A DNA stretch of 64,000 nt from an uncultured bacterium (GTDB lineage Bacteria > Krumholzibacteriota > Krumholzibacteriia > Krumholzibacteriales > Krumholzibacteriaceae), in the NCBI GenBank assembly GCA_963786935.1, contig CAWBAN010000002.1:256001-320000 (forward strand), given 5' to 3'. The notes beneath the pieces are model-generated. The model was not told where the DNA came from and ran no database searches. It was given only the letters and a program-made list of their open reading frames with translations. Below are positions 28,662-37,776 of this stretch, one piece after another. Each line of letters opens with the position of its first letter. Position 1 is the stretch's first letter. Both the position numbers and the translations under genes were made by a program.

Positions 28662-31025
28662 ATGATGACGCCGCGGGTCGAACGCCTCAGACGCGAGAGC
28701 CTCGATGCGAAGCCCTCCATCTCCACCGAGCGCGCCGAGCTCGTGACGGAGGCGTACGCGCGCGCGGGCGAAGGTCTCCCCGCGCCGCTGCTCCGCGCGG
28801 CGGCGTTCCGCCATCTCATGGAGAACCGGACAATCTATATCGGCGGCGGCGAGCTCATCGTGGGGGAGAAGGGCCCGGCGCCGAAAGCGACTCCGACGTT
28901 CCCCGAGCTCTGCTGCCACAGCCTCGCCGACCTCGATCTCCTCGATTCGCGCTCGAAGATCCCGTTCGCCGTGAGCGCCGGGACGCGAAAAATCTACAAA
29001 GAGAAGATCATCCCCTTCTGGCGCGGCCGAACGCTCCGCGAGCGGCTCTTCGAGAAGATGACGCCCGAATGGAAAGCGGCCTACGAGGCGGGCGTCTTCA
29101 CCGAGTTCATGGAGCAGCGCGCCCCCGGGCACACCGTGCTCGACGACAAGATCTACTCGAAGGGCTTCGTCGATTTCAAAAAGGACATCGATCGCAGCCT
29201 CGCCTCCCTCGACCGCGCGAACGATCCGAGGGCGGAGGCGAAGGCGAACGAGCTCGAGGCGATGCGGATCTGCGCCGACGCGCTCATCCGATTCGCCGAG
29301 CGCCACGCCGAAAAGGCGCGAGAGCTCGCAGGCGTCGAGCGCGATCCGGCGCGCCGCGCCGAGCTCGAGCGCACCGCCGCCGTCTGCGAGCGCGTGCCGG
29401 CGCATCCCCCGCGGGATTTCCACGAGGCGCTCCAGTACTACTGGTTCACCCACCTCGGCGTGACGACCGAGCTCAACACGTGGGACGCGTTCAATCCCGG
29501 GCATCTCGACCGGCATCTGCTCCCGTTCTACTGCGCGGGGCTCGCGGACGGCACGCTCACGCGCGAGGGCGCCGAGGAGCTCCTCCAGTGCTTCTGGATC
29601 AAGTTCAACAACCAGCCGGCCCCGCCCAAGGTGGGCGTGACGGCCGAGGAGAGCGGTACCTACACCGATTTCGCGCAGATCAACACGGGCGGCCTCAACG
29701 CGGACGGCACGGACGGCGTCAACGAGGTCACGTTCCTCATGCTCGACGTGATCGAGGAGATGAGGCTGCTGCAGCCGAGCTCGTCCATTCAGGTGAGCGA
29801 GAAGAGCCCCGACGCCTTCATCGAGCGCGCGGCGCGGATCATCCGGACCGGCTTCGGGCAGCCTTCCGTTTTCAACACGGACCTCATCGTTCGCGAGCTC
29901 GTCCGGCAGGGAAAGACGCTCGCCGACGCGCGCGCCGGCGGCTCGAGCGGCTGCGTCGAGGTGGGGGCCTTCGGCAAGGAGAGCTACATTCTCACGGGCT
30001 ATTTCAACATGCCCAAGGTGCTCGAGATCACGCTCGCGAACGGCGTCGATCCGCGCACGGGGAAGCTGATCGGGCTCGAGACGGGGGACGCCGCGGCCTT
30101 CGCGTCGTTCGACGATCTCTTCGCCGCCTTCGAGAAGCAGCTCCGGTATTTCGTCGATGTCAAGATCGCCGGGAACGACGAGATCGAAAAGCTCTACGCG
30201 GAGAATATGCCCGCCCCGTTCCTCTCGATCCTGATCGACGACTGCGTCGCGAAGGGAGCGGACTACAACGCCGGGGGCGCCCGGTACGACACGAGCTATA
30301 TTCAAGGCGTCGGGCTCGGCACGATGACCGATTGCCTGAGCGCGATCAAGCACCACGTCTTCGACGAGCGAACGCTCGCGATGCGCGAACTCCTCGACGC
30401 CCTCTCGCGCAACTTCGACGGGGACGAGCGGCTCCGGCGGCTCCTCCTCAACAAGACGCCGCGGTACGGGAACGACGACGACCGCGCCGACGCCCTCATG
30501 CGGCGGGTGTTCGAGGCCTATTTCGGCGCGATCGACGGGCGGCCGAACACGAAGGGCGGCACGTACCGCATCAATCTGCTCCCGACGACCGTCCATATCT
30601 ACTTCGGCCGCGTGACCGGCGCCACGCCCGACGGGCGGAAATCGGCGGAGCCGCTGTCCGAAGGGATTTCTCCGGTGCAGGGAGCCGATCGCAAGGGGCC
30701 GACGGCGGTCCTGCGGTCCGCCGCGAAGATGGACCACGTCCGCACGGGAGGCACGCTCCTCAACCAGAAATTCACCCCGCAGATCCTCGAGGACGACACG
30801 GGGCTTCGGGGGCTCGTATCTCTCATCCGCTCCTACTTCGGGCTCGGCGGGCACCACATTCAGTTCAACGTGGTGGACGCGGCCACGCTCCGCGCGGCGC
30901 AGCGCGAGCCCGACCGGCACCGCGATCTCATCGTGCGCGTCGCCGGTTACAGCGACTACTTCTGCGACCTCGGCGAGACGCTCCAGAACGAGATCATCGC
31001 CCGCACGGAGCACGGCGCGCTCTGA
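28662..31025 (+). CDS. hypD: Glycyl-radical enzyme, probable trans-4-hydroxy-L-proline dehydratase
   Basis: RVAGYS Gly loop, SGCVE Cys loop; FTEFMEQRAPGHT, KVGVTAEESGTYTDF, YILTGY, PTTVHIYFG resemble HypD segments. Confidence 0.85.
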   Translation: MMTPRVERLRRESLDAKPSISTERAELVTEAYARAGEGLPAPLLRAAAFRHLMENRTIYIGGGELIVGEKGPAPKATPTFPELCCHSLADLDLLDSRSKIPFAVSAGTRKIYKEKIIPFWRGRTLRERLFEKMTPEWKAAYEAGVFTEFMEQRAPGHTVLDDKIYSKGFVDFKKDIDRSLASLDRANDPRAEAKANELEAMRICADALIRFAERHAEKARELAGVERDPARRAELERTAAVCERVPAHPPRDFHEALQYYWFTHLGVTTELNTWDAFNPGHLDRHLLPFYCAGLADGTLTREGAEELLQCFWIKFNNQPAPPKVGVTAEESGTYTDFAQINTGGLNADGTDGVNEVTFLMLDVIEEMRLLQPSSSIQVSEKSPDAFIERAARIIRTGFGQPSVFNTDLIVRELVRQGKTLADARAGGSSGCVEVGAFGKESYILTGYFNMPKVLEITLANGVDPRTGKLIGLETGDAAAFASFDDLFAAFEKQLRYFVDVKIAGNDEIEKLYAENMPAPFLSILIDDCVAKGADYNAGGARYDTSYIQGVGLGTMTDCLSAIKHHVFDERTLAMRELLDALSRNFDGDERLRRLLLNKTPRYGNDDDRADALMRRVFEAYFGAIDGRPNTKGGTYRINLLPTTVHIYFGRVTGATPDGRKSAEPLSEGISPVQGADRKGPTAVLRSAAKMDHVRTGGTLLNQKFTPQILEDDTGLRGLVSLIRSYFGLGGHHIQFNVVDAATLRAAQREPDRHRDLIVRVAGYSDYFCDLGETLQNEIIARTEHGAL

Positions 31026-31194
31026 TCGAGATCATTTTCCCGCATTCTCCCGGGAACAAAAGACGCCCGTTCTGTGTATGTAGGTATGTGGGGCGCCGTT
31101 CGTGGGGAAAATGGCGAAGCGTGGTGGGCGCATTCGGCCGCGGCGCCCCATAGACTCTCACAAGAATCCCCATCGATCTCGCTGGTGATGCGAA

Positions 31195-31272
31195 ATGAAA
31201 TCCTTCGTTCTGACGTTCGTGGTGCTTCTGCTTCTGTTCTTCATCATGACGCTCGTGTGCGGCGGCAGGTAG
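31195..31272 (+). CDS. Putative 25-aa single-TM small protein
   Basis: MKSFVLTFVVLLLLFFIMTLVCGGR*; GGTGA RBS-like; below ORF-track cutoff. Confidence 0.5.
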   Translation: MKSFVLTFVVLLLLFFIMTLVCGGR

Positions 31273-31351
31273 CGTTCGTTCTGCTTTGCGTTTGCCCCGT
31301 ATTTCCTGCTACATTAACGGAGTGCACCCGCTTCATGGAGGAGGACCACGC

Positions 31352-32392
31352 ATGAGGAATCTGTTTTTCGTTCTCGCGATGATCTTGATCGTTCCGGGGA
31401 CATGCCTCGCCGCCACGTCCGTCCCCGTTGTTTTCGCCTCATATGCCGGGGACGCGGAGCAGCTTCATCATACGCTCGTTCTCGTCGAGAGCATCCGGAC
31501 GTTCGGCGGCCGGTTCTCCGAGGCGCCGGTCCGGATCTACGCGCCGGAGAGTCTGATAAAGACGCAGCAGAAGCTCGTGAAGCGCTTCGCTCCTCTCGCC
31601 GCGGAGGTGCGGCCGAGCGAGGCGCCCGCCGACGCACGCGCGTTTCCGTTCGCGGGGAAGGTATTCGCGGCCGCGCGCGCCGAGAAGGAGGCGAAAGGCG
31701 CCGCCTCGATTCTCGTCTGGATGGACGAGGACACCGTCGTGCTCGCGGAGCCGGGTGAGCTGGCGCTCGTGAAGAGCGCGAGCCTCGGCTACCGTCCCGT
31801 CATGCACCGGAACATCGGCTCGCTCTACTCGGAGAAGCCCGACGCCTTCTGGAGCCGCGTGTACGAGAAGCTCGCGGTTCCGGCATCCGCCGTCTTTCCG
31901 ATGAAGACGGTCACCGGCGACGCGACGGTGCGCCCCTATTTCAATGCGGGACTTCTCGCCGTGCGCCCCGAGCGCGGCATCATGAAGCGGTGGGCCGAGG
32001 CGTTCGCCACGCTGTATCTCGATCCCGCGATCGTCGAAATGTGCAAGAAGGACCAGCGCCTCGGCGTGTTCCTGCATCAGGCCGCGCTCAGCGGCGCCGT
32101 ATTGCGGTTCGTTCCGCGGAACGAGATGGCGCCGCTCCCCGACGCCTACAACTACCCGCTGTTCTTCAAGGATCTGTACGGCGCCGACAAGCCCTACGAC
32201 TCGATCGCCGGCGTCGTGACGATCCGCTACGACGTCTATTTCAAGAATCCGGCGCCCGATTGGAGCAAGAAGCTGAAAGGGCCGGAGACGACGGTGTCCT
32301 GGCTCGAGAAACGGCTGGGGCCGGCGGGCGGGGAGAAGAAAGGCGCCGACACGAAGCTTCGGTACAAATTCCAGAGCGGGGGCAAGGCATGA
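31352..32392 (+). CDS. Exported protein with GT-A (GT8-like) motifs
   Basis: Signal peptide; WMDEDTVVL, YFNAGLL, HQAALS, YNYP; GGAGGAGG RBS. Confidence 0.6.
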   Translation: MRNLFFVLAMILIVPGTCLAATSVPVVFASYAGDAEQLHHTLVLVESIRTFGGRFSEAPVRIYAPESLIKTQQKLVKRFAPLAAEVRPSEAPADARAFPFAGKVFAAARAEKEAKGAASILVWMDEDTVVLAEPGELALVKSASLGYRPVMHRNIGSLYSEKPDAFWSRVYEKLAVPASAVFPMKTVTGDATVRPYFNAGLLAVRPERGIMKRWAEAFATLYLDPAIVEMCKKDQRLGVFLHQAALSGAVLRFVPRNEMAPLPDAYNYPLFFKDLYGADKPYDSIAGVVTIRYDVYFKNPAPDWSKKLKGPETTVSWLEKRLGPAGGEKKGADTKLRYKFQSGGKA

Positions 32393-33180
32393 GAGAGAAT
32401 ATTTTCAAGGTCGATTCATTCACCGAGAAGCCGTTCGCGGGAAATCCCGCGGGCGTGTGCATACTTTCGGAGCCGCGGGACGAGGCGTGGATGCGGAGCA
32501 TCGCGCGCGAGATGAACCTCTCCGAGACGGCGTTTTTGCACGGGGGCAAGGAGCTCTTCGACCTCCGCTGGTTTACGCCCGTGGCCGAGGTCGAGCTCTG
32601 CGGTCACGCGACGCTCGCGAGCGCGCACATCCTCTGGGAGATCGGCGTCCTCGGGCCGAAGGAGGAGGCGCGTTTCCAGACGAAGAGCGGGCTTTTGACC
32701 GCGGCGCGGAACGGCGGCATGATCGAGCTCGATTTCCCCGCGAAGCCGGAAGAGCCGGCGGAAGCGCCGAAAGGGCTCATCGAGGCGCTCGGCGTGACCC
32801 CGCGCTATGTCGGGCGGAACACGTTCGATTACATCGTCGAGATCGATTCGCAGGAGGCCGTGCGGGACTGCGCCCCCGACTTCGCGCGCCTCTTGAGTAT
32901 CCCGGCCCGCGGCGTGATCGTCACGGCGGCGGCGAGCTCCGCGGGATTCGACTTCGTCTCGCGCTTCTTCGCCCCGGCGGTCGGGATTGACGAGGATCCC
33001 GTGACCGGCTCCGCTCACTGCTGTCTCGGGCCCTACTGGGGCGCCAAGCTCGGCAAGACGGAGCTCAAGGCGTATCAGGCCTCGGTGCGCGGCGGCGTCG
33101 TCCGCGTGCGTCTCGCCGGCGATCGTGTCATTATCGGCGGGCACGCCGTCACGATCCTCCGCGGGACGCTCGCGGTGTGA
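32389..33180 (+). CDS. PhzF family isomerase/epimerase
   Basis: FAGNPAGV, NLSETAF, ELCGHAT, EDPVTGSAH. Confidence 0.93.
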   Translation: MRENIFKVDSFTEKPFAGNPAGVCILSEPRDEAWMRSIAREMNLSETAFLHGGKELFDLRWFTPVAEVELCGHATLASAHILWEIGVLGPKEEARFQTKSGLLTAARNGGMIELDFPAKPEEPAEAPKGLIEALGVTPRYVGRNTFDYIVEIDSQEAVRDCAPDFARLLSIPARGVIVTAAASSAGFDFVSRFFAPAVGIDEDPVTGSAHCCLGPYWGAKLGKTELKAYQASVRGGVVRVRLAGDRVIIGGHAVTILRGTLAV

Positions 33181-33252
33181 GACCGCCGGCCGCGCGGGAT
33201 CCATGGCCGCGCGGGCGCCCGCAAAATCGGGGCGTCCGCCGCGAGATGCCCG

Positions 33253-34128
33253 CTATTTCCCCTTCGCGATCTCGGCGATCGTCTCGTCGAGCAGCTTGTT
33301 GAACGTCGCCGGATCCTCGATCTGCACGAAGTGACCCCGTCCCGGCATGAGCTTCATGGTGAACGAAGGGGCGATCTTCTTGTTGCCCTCGACGTTCGTC
33401 GGCCACTTGTCCGCGTTGACGGCGCGGATCGGCACCGTGAGCGCGCCGGCGGCCGGCTTGGGATCGTAGCCCAGCATATCCTTCATCGCGCCGATGCCGA
33501 CCTCCGGCGGGGCGGAGGCCACATCTGCCGCGATGCGATCGACGAGCGCCGTGTCGGCCCCGGCGGCGAACAAGCTCCGCACGAACTGATCGGTCGTCCC
33601 CGGGAAATTCGCCTGGAACGCGGCGAGCCACTGTTTCTGCTGCTCCTTGGGAATGGTCTCACCGAAATCCTGGAAGGTGTCGACGCCGATGACGCCGATC
33701 ACGCGCTTCGGGAGCAGTCGCGCCGCTTCGAGGCTCACCGGCCCGCCCATCGAGTGACCGACGAGAACGACCTTCTTGAGATTGAGCGCCTCGACCACCG
33801 CGGCGACGTCAGCCGCGAAGGAGGCGACGGTGTACTCCGCGCGGCCGAGCCCCGAATCGCCGTGTCCGGCGAGATCGATCGCGACGACCGTGTGCTTCTT
33901 CGCGAAATAGGGGATCTGATCCTTCCAGTAGCCCTTGTCGCAACACCAGCAGTGGACGAACACGATCGCGGGCTCTCCCTTTCCCTGCACGGTGCAGCTC
34001 AGCGGAATGCCGTCCGCCGATTTCACGATCGTATCCTTCGCGAACGCCGCGCCGAGAGGCGCGAGCGCGGCGGGACCGAACGCGGCGGCGACGAAGGCCG
34101 CCAACAGCACGAGCGAGAGACGTTTCAT
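33253..34128 (-). CDS. Exported alpha/beta hydrolase
   Basis: Signal peptide; FVHCW, DLAGHG, GHSMGG, GHF. Confidence 0.9.
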   Translation of the reverse strand: MKRLSLVLLAAFVAAAFGPAALAPLGAAFAKDTIVKSADGIPLSCTVQGKGEPAIVFVHCWCCDKGYWKDQIPYFAKKHTVVAIDLAGHGDSGLGRAEYTVASFAADVAAVVEALNLKKVVLVGHSMGGPVSLEAARLLPKRVIGVIGVDTFQDFGETIPKEQQKQWLAAFQANFPGTTDQFVRSLFAAGADTALVDRIAADVASAPPEVGIGAMKDMLGYDPKPAAGALTVPIRAVNADKWPTNVEGNKKIAPSFTMKLMPGRGHFVQIEDPATFNKLLDETIAEIAKGK

Positions 34129-34148
34129 GACTGACTCCTTTCCTTTGT

Positions 34149-34397
34149 TCAGTTCGTTCTCCGATAATACAGCATCGCGCACACCTTCACGACGGCCATC
34201 GCGGCGGAGATGGCCAAGAGATCCCACCGGATGATGTCCTTCTCGACCGCGTCGTACGTGAAGAACGCGAGGAGCACGATCAAGCCGGCGAGCACGGCGA
34301 GGCGCGTCGACTTGAACCGATGCATGACGAATCGCTCGTCGAGCATCTCGTCGTGCTTCCATTTGAAGAGATTGAAGAACCATCCGTCGGGCGCCAT
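34149..34397 (-). CDS. Small membrane protein (DUF2178-like)
   Basis: DERF..HR motif plus two TM helices; adjacent to XRE gene. Confidence 0.7.
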   Translation of the reverse strand: MAPDGWFFNLFKWKHDEMLDERFVMHRFKSTRLAVLAGLIVLLAFFTYDAVEKDIIRWDLLAISAAMAVVKVCAMLYYRRTN

Positions 34398-34398
34398 T

Positions 34399-34611
34399 TC
34401 ATTCTCCTTCCTCGAGGGTGAACATACGATCGGTCGGGCATTTGAAGAACCGCGCGAGCTTGAGTGCGAGGGGGAGGCTCGGGATGTACTTCCCGTTCTC
34501 GATCGAGATGATCGTCTGCCGCGACACCCTCATCTCCGCGGCGAGATCCTCCTGCGTGAGCCCCGCGCTCTTGCGATGTTCCCGGACGCTGTTCGCGACC
34601 TTCTCATTCAT
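34399..34611 (-). CDS. XRE/Cro-C1 HTH transcriptional regulator
   Basis: LTQEDLA..VSRQTIISIENGKYIPSLPLALKLA. Confidence 0.93.
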   Translation of the reverse strand: MNEKVANSVREHRKSAGLTQEDLAAEMRVSRQTIISIENGKYIPSLPLALKLARFFKCPTDRMFTLEEGE

Positions 34612-34795
34612 GGCTTTTCGCGAGCGCCCCCATGATCAGCGCGAACACGGCGAGCGCGAGTGACATTCCCATGAAAACGCCTTCGAAGAAACTGACCCAT
34701 TTCGATCCGCCCGACATCCGGTGCACGAGGACCGAGATGCACAGGAACGTGACGCTCAGGGGCAGGATCGTCTCTCTTCTGCTCTTAAGGTACAT
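34604..34795 (-). CDS. Small two-TM membrane protein
   Basis: AAAGGGG RBS, hydrophobic, overlaps XRE start. Confidence 0.65.
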   Translation of the reverse strand: MYLKSRRETILPLSVTFLCISVLVHRMSGGSKWVSFFEGVFMGMSLALAVFALIMGALAKSHE

Positions 34796-34810
34796 GCGCG
34801 GACCCCTTTC

Positions 34811-34873
34811 TGTAAAGTTCGCTTTACATTTCCAATATAGCCCGAAAAACCGATTTGTCAAGTCAGCTTTACA
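34811..34873 (-). promoter_or_regulatory. Promoter with two palindromic operators (probable XRE autoregulation)
   Basis: TGTAAAG-N4-CTTTACA 34811-34828; TGTCAAG-N4-CTTTACA 34856-34873; minus-strand TTGACA-16-TATATT. Confidence 0.8.
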
Positions 34874-35005
34874 TTATTTTTCAAAGAAAGTTCCCGGAAT
34901 ATTGCCGGGCAGAAATAACAATCGACGCAACGCTCGAAATATTATACAGTTCCGACATACGCAAAAAGAGTTCGAGCGGCGACGAAATCGGCGAGGAGCT
35001 GAAGT

Positions 35006-35317
35006 ATGGATTATCTGGTCGAGTTCGAGAATCTCCCCTGGCAATCGCCCATGAAAGGCGTCCGGTTCAAGGCGGTGACGAATGGCTCGCGGCGGCTCCG
35101 TCTCGTCGAGTACACGCGGGATCTCGAGCCTCACTGGTGCGAGAAGGGGCACATCGGGTATATGCTCGAAGGCCGTTTCGAGATCACGTTCGACGGGGGA
35201 AGCTTCAAGTTCAATCCGGGAGACGGTATCTTCATCCCGGCCGGCCGCAAGCACCGGCATATGGGGAAGGCGCTGACCGGCACGGCGCGGGTTATATTCG
35301 TCGAGGACGCCGAGTGA
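35006..35317 (+). CDS. Cupin domain protein
   Basis: HWCEKGHIGY.LEG, PGDGIFIPAG..HRH. Confidence 0.85.
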   Translation: MDYLVEFENLPWQSPMKGVRFKAVTNGSRRLRLVEYTRDLEPHWCEKGHIGYMLEGRFEITFDGGSFKFNPGDGIFIPAGRKHRHMGKALTGTARVIFVEDAE

Positions 35318-35491
35318 ATCCCGACGCAGGAAATCCGCTCGCGCGTTGAAACTATTTCGCTTAAATCGTGTACAGTACCTATGTGGGAAAGGCTTTCGCG
35401 GCGAGGGGCGAGATGCGCCCTTTGGGGCGAGGCTTCTTTTTTACCCCCCGCCGGGCAGGGTCGTCCGGCGACAACGCAAGGAGGAGACCCC

Positions 35492-37411
35492 ATGCTCAGA
35501 TCCCGCCTCGCGCCGCTTGTCGCGGCGCTCGCTCTCGCGCTGCTCTTCTCGGGCGCGGCGATTGCTCAGGAGAAAGAGGTCCCCGATTACTCCATGAAGC
35601 CCCGCTCCGAGGTCCCTGTCGAATACACGTGGCGGGTCGAGGACATCTACGCGACCTATGACGACTGGGCGAAGGACAAGGAAGCGCTCGCCGCCCTCAT
35701 TCCGCAGATCGACGCGAAGGCGAAGGGCTGGACGGAGAGCGCGGCGAAGATGGCCGACCTCTACGAGCTGACCGACGTCATCTGGAAAAAAGGGGAGAAG
35801 CTCTTCACCTACGCTTCGCTCCAGAGCGACGCCGACATGGGCAACTCCAAGTATCAGGTCATGAAGGGGGAGCTGCAGTCGCTGTTCGTGCAGCTCGGCG
35901 TCAAGTTCGCGTTCATGAACGAGGATCTTCTCAAGCTGAAGGACGAGGCGCTCGCCGCCTACTTCAAGGAGGAGCCGCGACTCAAGCCGTACCGCTTCGC
36001 CATCGAGCAGGTGATCCGCGTGCGCGAGCACGTGCTCCCCGAGGATCAGCAGCAGATCGTCTCGCGGACAGGGCTCTTCGGCGGCGCCGTGGGCAAGGCC
36101 GCGAACATGCTCAACGACGTCGACATCCCGGCGCCCGAGGCGAAGCTCGCCGACGGGAGCACGGTCGCGCTCAACAACGCGACGTACTACCGGCTCCGCG
36201 CGTCGAAGGAGCCCGCTGACCGCACGACGGTCATGAAGACCTACTGGGAGAACCGCAAGAAGTACGAGAACACCTTCGCCGCCCTCTTCGACGGCGAGAT
36301 GAAACGGCACCTCTTCTCGGCGCAGACCACAAAGTACAACAACTGTCTCGAGGCCCGTCTCGACGGCGACGGGATCGACACGCTCGTCTATTTCCAGCTC
36401 ATCAAGTCGGTGAACGACAACCTCGGCGTCTTCCAGCGCTACCTGAAGATGAAGGGGAAGCTGCAGGGCCTCGACCAGATGCGCTACGAGGACATCTACG
36501 GCTCCGCGGTGAAGGCCGTCGACAAGACCTACACGTGGGACGAGGCGCGGGATCTCGTCATGCAGTCGCTCAAGCCGCTCGGCCCGGAGTATCAGGACGT
36601 GCTCCGGCAGGCCTTCGAGAACCGCTGGATCGACCGGTATCCGAACAAGGGCAAGCAGAGCGGCGCCTACTCGAGCGGCGTATACGGCGTTCATCCGTTC
36701 GTGAAGATGAACTTCAACGGCTCGTACAACGAGGTCTCGACGATCGCGCACGAGCTCGGGCATTCGGTGCATTCGTACTTCGCGCAGAAGAACCAGTCGT
36801 ACTCCGATTCCGGGTATCCGCTGTTCCTCGCCGAGATCGCCTCGACCTTCAACGAGACGCTCCTTCTCAAGCACATGCTCAAGAGCGAGAAGGACGACCT
36901 CTTTAAGCTCTATCTCCTCGACAGCTACCTCGATCAGGTGCGCGGCACGATCTTCCGCCAGACCCTCTTCGCGGAGTTCGAGCTCGCGATGCACCGGCGC
37001 GTCGAGGAAGGGAAGGCGCTCACGCCCGATTGGCTCAACCAGACGTACCTCGAGCTCACGCGCAAATACTATGGCCACGACAAGGGCGTGCTCAGGGTGG
37101 ACGACTTCATCCAGAACGAGTGGAGCGGGATCCCGCACTTCTTCCGGAACTACTACGTGTTCCAGTACAGCACGGGGATGATCTCCTCGATGGCGCTCGC
37201 CGACCGGGCGCTCGCCGGCAAAGAGGGGGTCACGAACTATCTCGACATGCTCAAGGCGGGAGGGAGCGATTATCCGCTCAACCTGCTCAAGAAGGCGGGC
37301 GTCGACATGATGACGCCGGCGCCGGCCGATGCGGCGTTCAAGACGATCAACGGCCTCCTCGACGAGATGGAGAAGATCGTGGCGCGGCTGGAGAAGGCGA
37401 AGAAGCTCTAG
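35492..37411 (+). CDS. pepF: Oligoendopeptidase F (M3B) with signal peptide
   Basis: KGKQSGAYS, AHELGHSVH, AEIASTFNE, IPHF..YYVFQY. Confidence 0.93.
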   Translation: MLRSRLAPLVAALALALLFSGAAIAQEKEVPDYSMKPRSEVPVEYTWRVEDIYATYDDWAKDKEALAALIPQIDAKAKGWTESAAKMADLYELTDVIWKKGEKLFTYASLQSDADMGNSKYQVMKGELQSLFVQLGVKFAFMNEDLLKLKDEALAAYFKEEPRLKPYRFAIEQVIRVREHVLPEDQQQIVSRTGLFGGAVGKAANMLNDVDIPAPEAKLADGSTVALNNATYYRLRASKEPADRTTVMKTYWENRKKYENTFAALFDGEMKRHLFSAQTTKYNNCLEARLDGDGIDTLVYFQLIKSVNDNLGVFQRYLKMKGKLQGLDQMRYEDIYGSAVKAVDKTYTWDEARDLVMQSLKPLGPEYQDVLRQAFENRWIDRYPNKGKQSGAYSSGVYGVHPFVKMNFNGSYNEVSTIAHELGHSVHSYFAQKNQSYSDSGYPLFLAEIASTFNETLLLKHMLKSEKDDLFKLYLLDSYLDQVRGTIFRQTLFAEFELAMHRRVEEGKALTPDWLNQTYLELTRKYYGHDKGVLRVDDFIQNEWSGIPHFFRNYYVFQYSTGMISSMALADRALAGKEGVTNYLDMLKAGGSDYPLNLLKKAGVDMMTPAPADAAFKTINGLLDEMEKIVARLEKAKKL

Positions 37412-37585
37412 CGCGGAGAGGGCGAAAGAGCCGGCGCGGCGGAACATCCGCGCGGAAGAATTGAGCGGCGGCAAAACCCGCGCGGCGGAGAATTGCGCGG
37501 CGCCTGCAGTATCGATTGCTCCCGGGGGTATGGCAGCTCGATACTCGCAGCGCCGCGCTTCCATGATTCGGCGCCGCCAACGCGG

Positions 37586-37756
37586 CTACGACCGTCCCGG
37601 ATCGCCATCCTTCAGTCTCCCCGCTTTCTTGGCGGCGTTTGCCAGAATGAACTCTATCTCGGCGTTGACGCTGCGGAGGTCGTCCGCGGCCCACTTCTCG
37701 AGGGCCGCGAACAACCTCTCGTCGAGACGGAGCAGAAATTTCTTCTTCTCGCTCAT
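37586..37756 (-). CDS. Ribbon-helix-helix (Arc-like) DNA-binding protein
   Basis: KKFLLRLD...WAADDLRSVNAEIE; follows SPFH gene. Confidence 0.85.
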   Translation of the reverse strand: MSEKKKFLLRLDERLFAALEKWAADDLRSVNAEIEFILANAAKKAGRLKDGDPGRS

Positions 37757-37776
37757 TTCAACGCCATGCCGGACAC

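Noticed and set aside
37448..37503. Two imperfect direct repeats CCGCGCGG..GAATTG.GCGGCG
   Set aside because: Only two degenerate copies; not a CRISPR or REP array
28476..37564. 845-aa and 707-aa antisense ORFs over hypD and pepF
   Set aside because: Same codon-bias shadow effect
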